From an uncultured delta proteobacterium (GTDB taxonomy: Bacteria; Desulfobacterota; Desulfobacteria; Desulfobacterales; JAHEIW01), in the NCBI GenBank assembly GCA_963706575.1, contig CAVPNL010000001.1:320001-384000 (forward strand): a stretch of 64,000 nucleotides of DNA, in the 5' to 3' direction. The stretch's first letter is position 1. The number at the start of each line of letters is the position of its first letter. Made by a program: the position numbers and the translations under genes. This document shows, in pieces, positions 50,240 to 59,105 of this stretch. The notes under the pieces are model-generated. The model had not been told where the DNA came from. It made no database searches and saw only the letters and a program-made list of their open reading frames with translations.

Positions 50240-50458
50240 AATTGACTCCTCGGGAACGAATGGTTGTACTTATTCGATATAATTACCATAAAAGTTATAG
50301 AATTTCAAAATTTTGGTGAACCAGGTGCGGATTGATCTGATCTTTTGGAAGTTTGTTGCCGGCAGTGGGATCAATCGGGTAAAGCTAAATATTTCAAAAG
50401 CATATCGCAAAGGTGTTTAGAAGATGGGGTGGTATGATTCGATACAGGTTTCTTGGCC

Positions 50459-50473
50459 GCAAAATTCATGCCG
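50459..50473 (-). promoter_or_regulatory. Possible sigma54 promoter upstream of the bEBP gene
   Basis: CGGCATGAATTTTGC (GG-N10-GC). Confidence 0.35.
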
Positions 50474-50772
50474 ATATTATTGCTAACGCATTTTGCAGAT
50501 TGCACAACGACAAATATACAAAATTTCAGCCATGCAAAAATTGTGTCTTCGTGCCTAAGGGTGGAATTTGAAGGGGCTTAAAATTTGTTAGAGGTGTTGA
50601 CGCAATATACAAAATTCTAATTTTTTGGGTTCATAGAAGCCGGAAGATAAAATCGAGAAGACTTTAATATTGCGCATGCCTAATATAAAATTTCGAAAAA
50701 AAATAGTTGATGGAAGAAATATCATACAATGGGATCACAGATATGTCAGTAGTATCCCATGAAAATTGAATA

Positions 50773-50848
50773 GTGTTCGGCCTTGAACACGGGCAGAAGG
50801 GTCAGGACGGCCTCACCGGAGTCACGTTCGATCCAGTTGTTGGAAGTC
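50773..50848 (-). mobile_element. Truncated attC-like site (5' half plus apex hairpin)
   Basis: After the stop: TTCCAAC-AACTG-GATCGAAC-GTGAC..., ending in the GTGTTC-AAGGCC-GAACAC hairpin; the return arm is missing. Confidence 0.55.
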
Positions 50849-51452
50849 AATGCTCCACGCCTATGAGTGAACGGAACTCCTCTTCCAGTTTCTCTTTCAG
50901 TGAGATGATGTCCTTCTTGAAGGCTTCTCTGGCCTTCTCCCACATTTCGGTTCGTTCCCGATAGAGACCTTTGACTGCGTGGAGTTCCGGATGCCTTGGA
51001 TCGATTGGATACGTCGTTATGTCGATGTATGTGTCGCGAGAGGAGAAAAAGAGTCGATCCATGATCTCGCAGGTGTCCTTTCCAAAGTAGATCTTGTTAC
51101 GGGCCACAGCACGGATGAACTGGTTGTGCGCGTCACGGAAGACTTGTGCCTTCTCGTCGAGACTCGGTTCGTCGGCGCCCTGGAAGTACTTCAGCAAAGA
51201 TTGCATCGAGTCGTAGAGATCAACCAGCTTCTCGTACAGAACTTTGATGACATGAGCGCGCTCAACGTGAAGCTGAGAGAAGCTTATTTCATGCTGTTTG
51301 GCGAGGCGGTTCAGTTCGGCCCGCTCTCTAGCGAGAATGCGCTGTCCCCAGACTTTGCCGAGCCATGAGGACAGGATCAAAATGATCGCGCTGGCGCCGC
51401 CCACCGCGGCGACCATTGCGAAGACAACCTTGAATGCTTCAGTCCATTTCAT
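50847..51452 (-). CDS. Hypothetical protein with N-terminal TM and coiled coil, gene-cassette-like
   Basis: 201-aa ORF, GC-richer than the AT-rich spacer to its left, bounded by GTTGGAGATC and GACTTCCAAC. Confidence 0.8.
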   Translation of the reverse strand: MKWTEAFKVVFAMVAAVGGASAIILILSSWLGKVWGQRILARERAELNRLAKQHEISFSQLHVERAHVIKVLYEKLVDLYDSMQSLLKYFQGADEPSLDEKAQVFRDAHNQFIRAVARNKIYFGKDTCEIMDRLFFSSRDTYIDITTYPIDPRHPELHAVKGLYRERTEMWEKAREAFKKDIISLKEKLEEEFRSLIGVEH

Positions 51453-51527
51453 TTCTCAGATCTCCAACTTTGAATTTGACAGCGCTACATAACTGCGCGA
51501 AAACATGTTGCGCTCCCGAATGCTGTC

Positions 51528-52202
51528 TTACCATTCCTCCTCCTCTAGGAAGGGATCAATGAGCACCCTCACATTCAAATACACATTCCTCAAACCTATA
51601 TCCTCCAGTGAAAGCCTTATCTCCGTGCCATTTTTGACATTTGGTGGGGCGCTCAAGGAAAATTCTCTCTCCGATTGAACCCTTCCATGCCCGAAGCAGA
51701 CAGGACAGAAGAAATCCTCCCACAATCCCGCTCTTCTGCACCTCGGACAAGGCTCAACTACAGGAACGGTAACAGGAAAGAGCACTCCTTCTGCGGCTTC
51801 CCGCGGGGAAAGAATTGCCTCAAAATAGAGATCCTTGGCCCTTATTCTTCCCCTCTCGATGTCAAAGAAGCCGGGCAGGAACCCTTCGAAGAACTCATCG
51901 GTACGGGAGAAAAACCTGTCAATCTCATCAAGCAGCGATCTCCTGCTTTCTATGATCTCGGAAACTCGTGTGATTCTTACCTCCGATCCCTGTCGAGCAA
52001 GCTCTTCGTCATATCTCCTGCGTTTCACCTCGTCACCCAAGGTCTCATAAGCTTCCCTGATCTCCCGGAACTTCTCCGCGCCCTCCTGCAACGCGGAAAC
52101 ATCGGGATGGTGCTTCTTTACAACCCTTCTGTGGGCCTTCTTGATTTTGTTTAAATCGGCCCCTCTGCTGATACCCAATACGAGGTAGTAATCCTTTGGC
52201 AT
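51528..52202 (-). CDS. DnaJ-domain protein with a partial Zn finger
   Basis: MPKDYYLVLG, HPD, YETL; CPRC...CPVCFGHG; start after SD GAGGAGG. Confidence 0.88.
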   Translation of the reverse strand: MPKDYYLVLGISRGADLNKIKKAHRRVVKKHHPDVSALQEGAEKFREIREAYETLGDEVKRRRYDEELARQGSEVRITRVSEIIESRRSLLDEIDRFFSRTDEFFEGFLPGFFDIERGRIRAKDLYFEAILSPREAAEGVLFPVTVPVVEPCPRCRRAGLWEDFFCPVCFGHGRVQSEREFSLSAPPNVKNGTEIRLSLEDIGLRNVYLNVRVLIDPFLEEEEW

Positions 52203-52304
52203 TGCATGTTCCTCCTCGGTCGGGGAATGCGCCGAATCTCCGAAATCACATGAGATTCCGAGCATGTGCTCTCTCGGGGAAATTGCACGTTTCTGAGTTA
52301 CCAT

Positions 52305-52448
52305 TTACCCTGTCTTCACCTCGATCTTCTGGAGCACCGCCGCTTTGACCTTGGGCACGCTTAACCGGAGAACCCCTTCTTTCAGCTCAGCCTCGATCTT
52401 GGATTGGTCAATTATTCCTGAGAGGTTAGACTGCCTGTATTACTCCCC
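52305..52448 (-). pseudogene. Hsp20/alpha-crystallin C-terminal remnant
   Basis: YRQSNLSGIIDQSKIEAELKEGVLRLSVPKVKAAVLQKIEVKTG*; the 5' part is replaced by repeat copy 2. Confidence 0.75.
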
Positions 52449-52762
52449 TGACATTGTATGACAAATTGCCAATGAAAATATTCACTTTAATCCCCTTTTT
52501 TAAAACCTAAATCTTAGATGCCTTTTAATACCTGCAATACTATCCAAAATCTCAATTTGCGGTTTTACTGGGGTTATTGCAGACACTTATATCACAAGGT
52601 TTTCATTGCTGTCAAAAGCTGCGAGATATAGAACCATATCGCTCAACCACCAAGCATGCAAAGGTGAGCCCCCCAAAAGATGTCTTTAAAAGTAACGGTT
52701 TCTTTATAAAAACAACTTTATTTCGTGGACTTTGCACAATTCATGCTTATATTATAAATAGA

Positions 52763-52868
52763 TGTTAAGTGCCACACCAACTTCGACACCTATAAAAAAG
52801 CCATCGGCAGGCTTAGAGCCGCCAAAGGTTATACCTTAAAAAAGGGAGTTTGAACGTGGCACTTAACA
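52763..52868. mobile_element. 106-bp TIR element, copy 2 (identical to copy 1)
   Basis: TGTTAAGTGCCAC ... GTGGCACTTAACA. Confidence 0.5.
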
Positions 52869-53266
52869 GGTTTCTCGGGTGTGCGTGCATCCTTTCTGAT
52901 GGATTCTAACGCCACCTTTGATTCCAGCCTTCTTTTAACCCCTAATAAGGGCCTTCCCGTTAAGAAACTACTCAAAACGGGTTAACTATGCTCTCAAACA
53001 TGATGGGGATGTTCTGATGGGTGGCGACGACCCTTCATTTCTCTATTGGATACCACCAAGATCATCTTACCGCATTTTTAACCTTAACCAATTTGAGCCG
53101 TTCACCAAGACAAAGTTAACTCTATTTTACCTTTATAGGAAGATGTTCCCTTGAAAAAATACTCAAATGGTGCCGGCGCTGCTTCTGATAGAATGAAGGT
53201 GATCTGTCGTGAGCTTCAAATGCTATTTGGTTCATATACATAATAAAATAAAATGGGGGGTATCAA

Positions 53267-53617
53267 ATGAAACCAGAAACTGCAGGGAAGCTTAAGTTTG
53301 GAGTTTGGGGCCTTATTTGCGGGGCAGTCATCGCAATGATCATCGGTTTTGCGTGGGGGGGGTGGACAACCTCCAAGACGACCCAAAAGGTGTCCGAAGA
53401 GGCGGTCTTGGCAAGTCAGGCGGCGATCTGTGTTGCCCAATTTATGAAGGACCCGAACCATAAAGAGAAATTTAAAGAATTTAGGGAATTAAATACCTAT
53501 CAGAGATTTGAATTCATTCAAAAAGGAGGCTGGGATAAAATGCCCGGGCAAGAAAAGGCTGGCTATTCTGTAGCCCGACCATGCGCCGATGGGCTTGAAC
53601 TTCTTATCAAAGAATGA
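53267..53617 (+). CDS. Membrane-anchored hypothetical protein (GFAWGGW family), paralog 2
   Basis: Paralog of 40323-40673. Confidence 0.85.
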   Translation: MKPETAGKLKFGVWGLICGAVIAMIIGFAWGGWTTSKTTQKVSEEAVLASQAAICVAQFMKDPNHKEKFKEFRELNTYQRFEFIQKGGWDKMPGQEKAGYSVARPCADGLELLIKE

Positions 53618-54198
53618 GATAAATGATATAGCTGTTAAAGGTGATTCATAATTTATTTTATGTGGGTCACCTTTTTTTGCTGATGATCTTCTTTCAGAGA
53701 TCTGCGTTACCTACCCAGCCCACCAGCCCTTAATTAAGGCCTACCCGCACCTTACCGACTGAGGCAGGATTCAATCTGTCGCCATCAGAAGATACTGTTC
53801 GGTTTCCGTATCGCTAATTTAACTCTTCGGCTTTCCCTGCCCATCCCAATAGTGCGTGATTGCTTGAACCTGCCATCAGTTTATGGCTGCTTGCCGAAGT
53901 GCTCTAAATTTTATAAAATAAGGCAGTTACCAGATTGTTTGCCAGCCCTTGAACAATTTGAAATCCCCTTAAAAATTACATATACGGACTTGATATTCAT
54001 AATCTCCAATATGGTTTAAACGCTAAATCATCATCGTATCCTATAATTCCATTGATTTATTAAACAAAAAAGCCAATGATTGAGCACAAAGATGGTGCGG
54101 GTGTATTGTAGAATTTCCAGGGACACTCCAATCATTAAGCCGGCATTGAAGAAAATAAGGAGAAACCGCAAAACCCTATCTATCGCTGAGAGCACACC

Positions 54199-55575
54199 AT
54201 GCGACTCTATCTGATCAACCCCTCCAACCCGCTGGTAAGCATTCTCAAAGTCAAGGAGAGCCGGTGGAACCGTTTTCGTGTGTGGAAACCGCTCAGCCTT
54301 ATGGCTCTCGCGGGCCTGACCCCACCGGAGTGGGAAATTACAATCGTGGACGAGAACCTCGGGGCACCGGACTATCCGGCCATGCCTCGACCTGACCTGG
54401 TGGGCATTACCGCTTTCACCTCTCAGGCGACCCGCGCCTATGAAATATCTACTTACTTCCGGCGTCATGGTGTGCCCGTCGTCATGGGCGGCATTCACGC
54501 AACCATGTGTATAGACGAGGCCATGGAACGGGTGGACGCGGTTGTTACCGGTGAAGCCGAGGGCATCTGGCCGCAGGTCTTAGAGGAGGCCCGCCATGGC
54601 AGCCTGAAACTCCGGTATGACGGAGGGCTCGCCGAGATAAACGATGTCCCGTTCGCCCGGCATGATTTGTTGGCCGGAGGATATGCCTGCGGGGCCATTC
54701 AGACCACCCGCGGCTGTCCATTGAACTGCAGCTTTTGCAGCGTGACGGCCTTCAATGGGGCCCACTACCGGCAGCGACCCATTGCGGATGTGGTGCGGGA
54801 ATTTAAGTTGATCCGTGAAAAGCATGTGCTGGTGGTGGACGACAACCTTATCGGCACGCGCCGTGAACACATCGCCCGCGCCAAGGACCTGTTCCGCGCC
54901 ATGGCACAGGCGAATCTGCGAAAACAATGGGTTAGCCAAGTCGGCATTAACTTCGCCGATGACGAGGAACTGCTATCGTTGGCCGCGAAGGCCGGGTGCA
55001 GCGGCGTCTTCATCGGCTTTGAAACCCCCTCGCCGGAGGGGCTTCTGGAGCTCGGCAAGAAATACAACCTTCTGAAGGGCCGAGATTTCCGAGCCTCCGT
55101 GCGGCGCATACAACATCACAACATATTTGTCGTGGGTTCCTTTATCATTGGTTTGGACATAGACGAGCCGGGCATCGGCAAGCGTATCGCCGGGGTGGCC
55201 AGCCAATGCGGCGTGGACAATCTCAACGTGCTGTTCCTGACACCCTTGCCCGGCACACGCCTGTGGGACCGGATGAAATCAGAGGACCGCATTGCCCTCG
55301 ATGCGTTCCCGCAGGACTGGAAATATTACACGCTGACCTTCCCGGTAGCCAGGTATAAGCATTTGTCTCTGGACGGCATCATCGATGAAATGATCTCCTG
55401 CGACCGGGACTTCTATTCCATGCCGCGGATTGTGCGCAGGCTGTGGGGCAACTTATGGCAACGCCGCAAACCGCTGATCAGCTTGGTAGGCAATTTCTCA
55501 TACCGCAACAATCTGCGGCTGAACCGCAGGGCATACGCGGACTTCAAGCGTCAACGGGGCAATAGGCACGATTGA
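54199..55575 (+). CDS. B12-binding radical SAM protein
   Basis: KPLSLMALAG, GGIHAT, RGCPLNCSFC, VDDNLIG, TPLPGTRL. Confidence 0.88.
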   Translation: MRLYLINPSNPLVSILKVKESRWNRFRVWKPLSLMALAGLTPPEWEITIVDENLGAPDYPAMPRPDLVGITAFTSQATRAYEISTYFRRHGVPVVMGGIHATMCIDEAMERVDAVVTGEAEGIWPQVLEEARHGSLKLRYDGGLAEINDVPFARHDLLAGGYACGAIQTTRGCPLNCSFCSVTAFNGAHYRQRPIADVVREFKLIREKHVLVVDDNLIGTRREHIARAKDLFRAMAQANLRKQWVSQVGINFADDEELLSLAAKAGCSGVFIGFETPSPEGLLELGKKYNLLKGRDFRASVRRIQHHNIFVVGSFIIGLDIDEPGIGKRIAGVASQCGVDNLNVLFLTPLPGTRLWDRMKSEDRIALDAFPQDWKYYTLTFPVARYKHLSLDGIIDEMISCDRDFYSMPRIVRRLWGNLWQRRKPLISLVGNFSYRNNLRLNRRAYADFKRQRGNRHD

Positions 55576-55811
55576 GTCAGTATAATCCAATCCATAAATT
55601 GTGGATTCCGAAGTACAATCAAAACAATTTGAAAATTTAAATTTTCATCCAATTACCTTGACTTGATTTAGAATCAGCTGCTAATTTCACCATAATTAAT
55701 AAATGCACGCCTTCAATCAGGGCCGGTTTTTATCTGAGGGTAAAATCTATTTGTCATTGTGGCAACCCGAAGTTGGGAACCATGATAATATTTTGAGAAG
55801 AGGGTGACACT

Positions 55812-55942
55812 ATGGCGAACGGAACTGTAAAATGGTTTGACGAAAAAAAGGATTTGGCTTCATTGAACAAAATGATGAGCCCGATGTATTCGTTCATCAC
55901 ACAGCCATCAATGCATCTGGGTTCGGAAGCGCGCCGTTGTAA
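55812..55942 (+). pseudogene. Cold-shock protein remnant (frameshifted and 3'-truncated)
   Basis: MANGTVKWFDEKK / GFGFIEQNDEPDVFVHHTAINASGF then unrelated sequence and a stop. Confidence 0.8.
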
Positions 55943-55971
55943 CGGAGTCTGTGGATAGAAAAGGGAGGCGC

Positions 55972-57261
55972 ATGGATGTTCCATTGATCGAATTCAAGGA
56001 AGTCACAAAACGGTTCGGTTCCCGAACCATCCTTGATCATGTCAACCTGCAGATATATGAAGGACAGATCACCACCATTATCGGTCTTAGCGGTTCCGGT
56101 AAGAGCGTTTTGCTCAAACACATCATCGGGTTGCTCAAGCCGGACGAGGGCACCATTCTTTTCCGAGGCAAGCCTCTCAACCGGATGAAGAAGAATGAAA
56201 TGGAAGCCTGTTTGGGCCAGATGAGTTACATGTTTCAAGGCAACGCCCTCTTTGACTCGATGACGGTCTATGAGAATGTCGCCTTGCGCTTGCGGAAAAC
56301 GACAAACTTGAGAAATGCGGAAATCGGTCGCAGGGTTATGGCCAGAATCGAGCAAGCAGAACTCAGCGGGTCGACCTACAAGTATCCCTCGCAGATCTCA
56401 GGGGGCATGCAGAAGCGGTTGGCCATTGCGCGGGCCTTGATCACTGATCCTCAGATTGTCCTTTTTGACGAACCCACCACCGGCTTGGACCCTGTCCGAA
56501 AAAATGCAATCTTGAGTATGATTGCCCAATATCACAAAAAATTCGGGTTTACTGCGATTCTGGTCAGCCACGAGATCCCGGATATTTTTTTTATATCAAA
56601 CCGAATTCTCTCCCTCTATGATCGAAGGATCGTTTTTCAGGGTACACCGGAGGAACTGGAAGCGTTTGAGCACCCATTCAAAGAAGACGTCATCCACAGT
56701 ATCGAGGGTTTGGAGGAAGAATTAACCGGCCTTTACTCCAGGCGATATTTCAAAACACGGTATCAAACCGAATTGAAATACGGAGCGCTCCGTGGAATTT
56801 ACGTGGTTCTGGCTTTTACTCTGGATAACCTGGATGCAATCAGTGCCAGCTTGGGATACGAAGTGGCACCGGAAGCCATACGATGCATGGGCGCGTATAT
56901 CGATAAGCACTTTGGTGTGTTGGGAGGGTTCTCCACCCGCCAGAGCACCAATGAATTTGTTACGGTGCTTCCCAATGCAGATCTGGCTGAAGTTGGGGGC
57001 ATTCTAGAGGGATTTACCAAGGACTTCCAACAGCAGGGCCTTCGTGACATTCAGACTGCCGTGAGCCAGAGGGCGGTTTCGGTGGAATGCGTTGAATTCG
57101 TGATTCTTGTCGGACTTGCCCAGGGTCAACCCGGTGTCGAGTTAGAATCCATCATAACGCTCGCAAAAAATCACCACAAGGAGATCGCCCGATTCAGCTG
57201 CGACGCGGGGAGCATCCGATTGGCTCGATCTTTCCCAAACCAGAACTCATTATACAGCTGA
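55972..57261 (+). CDS. MlaF-like ABC ATPase fused to a degenerate GGDEF domain
   Basis: GLSGSGKS, ISGGMQKR and FDEPTTGLDP, then ELTGLYSRRYF...LGY...RQSTNEFVTVLP. Confidence 0.8.
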   Translation: MDVPLIEFKEVTKRFGSRTILDHVNLQIYEGQITTIIGLSGSGKSVLLKHIIGLLKPDEGTILFRGKPLNRMKKNEMEACLGQMSYMFQGNALFDSMTVYENVALRLRKTTNLRNAEIGRRVMARIEQAELSGSTYKYPSQISGGMQKRLAIARALITDPQIVLFDEPTTGLDPVRKNAILSMIAQYHKKFGFTAILVSHEIPDIFFISNRILSLYDRRIVFQGTPEELEAFEHPFKEDVIHSIEGLEEELTGLYSRRYFKTRYQTELKYGALRGIYVVLAFTLDNLDAISASLGYEVAPEAIRCMGAYIDKHFGVLGGFSTRQSTNEFVTVLPNADLAEVGGILEGFTKDFQQQGLRDIQTAVSQRAVSVECVEFVILVGLAQGQPGVELESIITLAKNHHKEIARFSCDAGSIRLARSFPNQNSLYS

Positions 57262-57536
57262 TCGAATATGGTAATATCTTCCTTGCGGTAAATGAGATTG
57301 ATCCGTAGTAGGCACCTAAATTGGTTTGGCTTGAAGATATCAATCAAGGGCAATCCCTGGAGGGTACAGGTATCTTGAATTGAAGATTCATGCTTCAATC
57401 GTAGCTTATGCTTTTTGCAGATTACACAATGACAAATACATTCTTTTTTGAGTATTTATTTTTGTTAGATTTCGTGCTGAACCAAATCTTGGGTTTCGGT
57501 TTGAAATCATTGTAGATATGACTCGCTAATCTAAAT

Positions 57537-57572
57537 AAAAAGCCGCATACAAATTGGTGTATACGGCCTTTT
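57537..57572. terminator. Possible bidirectional terminator
   Basis: A-run, imperfect GCCGCATAC...GTATACGGC stem, T-run; between convergent genes. Confidence 0.45.
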
Positions 57573-57633
57573 GTTGAAAGGCGTTTAAATTAAAGCCAAT
57601 CTGGCTTTTTCAAATATAGCTCTTAGTGTTACA

Positions 57634-58239
57634 CTAATCACGTCTACATAGAAACTCCCTTACCCCATTCCGATAAATAAAGGATTTTACTGTGTGAAAT
57701 TCTGACAGCATGTTTGTAATAATTCTGTTGCTGCGGTAATAATACGGTAGATCGAGGTGATCTTGAAGACGAAAGGTCAGCTGATCGCCCTCCTGAATGA
57801 CGAAGGAATGAATTTGCGATGGTGCCGCTTGCTCTTCAAAACTGGTTACCATCATCATTCCCCTTGGTTCTAAAGCGGTGTGGCAAAGGCCTACCAATTT
57901 GCCGATGTCATCATCATTTAAATGATCGATAAAATCCCACAGATTGATCCCATCGAAACGATGTGGCGCATAATCTAAGTGCTCCCACAGCTTTTTGGCC
58001 GGCAAACCTTTACGCCGGTTCCGGGTCAGCCGTATAAACATATCACAGACATGCAACCGCTTCACCCGTTGCGCGAAATACCTGATATTTTCTTCACAAA
58101 CGGGTCCCAAATCAAGAATCTGAACTGTCGAATAACGGGCAAGGGTTTCAATATACATTTGTAGCATCATGCTGGTATAGTCAGCGAGGGAGGGTTCAGC
58201 ATGTGAATATTCATGAACTGGTGCAGTTGGGGCTGCCAA
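57634..58239 (-). CDS. Class I SAM-dependent methyltransferase-like protein
   Basis: ILDLGP, FDGINLWD, LEPRG; start codon uncertain. Confidence 0.65.
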   Translation of the reverse strand: MAAPTAPVHEYSHAEPSLADYTSMMLQMYIETLARYSTVQILDLGPVCEENIRYFAQRVKRLHVCDMFIRLTRNRRKGLPAKKLWEHLDYAPHRFDGINLWDFIDHLNDDDIGKLVGLCHTALEPRGMMMVTSFEEQAAPSQIHSFVIQEGDQLTFRLQDHLDLPYYYRSNRIITNMLSEFHTVKSFIYRNGVREFLCRRD

Positions 58240-58242
58240 AAA

Positions 58243-58770
58243 TCAATTCTCCTTAGCATCCTCTGTGGCCGTTTGTGTCTTTGGCTCATTAGCTGGTTGA
58301 GCGGCTGTGGAGGTCGTCGATTTTCCGACCGATGCAGTTTTTCTGTGAGGTTCTTTATCGAGTTCGATTGATCCCTTAAAATAAGCACCATCTTCCACCG
58401 AGATGCTTTTTGACCGAATATCACCCATAAAATCGGCCTCTTTGGTGATCTCAACCTTGCCTTGTGTTTTGATATTTCCAATCATTTGGCCGCTGATCTT
58501 TACATTCTGTGCTTTGATCTGGCCTTCAACCCGTCCTTTGGTACCCACCGTAAAATTATGCTTTTCCATTTCTACGTTACCGTTCATCGAACCCTCGATA
58601 ACAAGATGTTCAGATCCACGAATGTTGCCTTCAATGCAGATATTAACGCCAATGACTGTCTGTTCTGCATTGGTTTCTGTGCGCGGAAACGGTGTAAGCG
58701 GTTTCTGTTCTGTGATTTCGTCATAGGGAGTGCCTTTATCATCTTCAGGTTTTTTACTTTTTTTAAGCAT
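58243..58770 (-). CDS. Bactofilin (polymer-forming cytoskeletal protein)
   Basis: TVIG..ICIEGNI, IEGSMNGNV, VEDGAYFKGSI beta-helix repeats; SD AAGGAGG. Confidence 0.92.
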   Translation of the reverse strand: MLKKSKKPEDDKGTPYDEITEQKPLTPFPRTETNAEQTVIGVNICIEGNIRGSEHLVIEGSMNGNVEMEKHNFTVGTKGRVEGQIKAQNVKISGQMIGNIKTQGKVEITKEADFMGDIRSKSISVEDGAYFKGSIELDKEPHRKTASVGKSTTSTAAQPANEPKTQTATEDAKEN

Positions 58771-59105
58771 GTCGCCTCCTTTCGCATTAGGCAAACTATA
58801 ATTTTTTATAACGCTTCGTTGTGTGGTTTTTTTAAATTAATCTAATTGCCAGTGCGGAGTTTGCGCAGTTACCGATTGAATGAATAGAAGATACAGGAAA
58901 CGGGTTGAGATTGCAATGAAGCTGGCTGAACATGAAAAGGCGCGTCAATTTGGATTGAAAAATCTTAAAGTAACAATTCTAAGGTCTTACGATCAAAAAT
59001 CAAAAATTCCTGCTGTATATGCTTTTAAATAAAAGATTTGATCGGTCATCTCAAAACATCTGAAGTATTTTTCCTCTTTACTCCTTGTGATTTTATATAT
59101 GAAGT

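Larger units (their letters stand above)
52449..53676 (+). repeat. Direct repeat copy 2 (about 1.2 kb); includes only the first 12 codons of the RRM gene
   Basis: Colinear with 39508-40732; minus-strand GTG AAT ATT TTC ATT GGC AAT TTG TCA TAC AAT GTC then breaks. Confidence 0.92.

Noticed and set aside
40323..53617. Paralog pair as a diversity-generating retroelement TR/VR
   Set aside because: Differences are not restricted to adenines, both copies are full genes, and no reverse transcriptase is present.
53680..54190. Possible coding remnant right of repeat copy 2
   Set aside because: Only short stop-interrupted frames with no family I could recognise.
39939..55710. Shared ATGCACGC octamer upstream of the RRM and csp genes
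   Set aside because: An 8-bp match is too short to separate from chance without TSS data.
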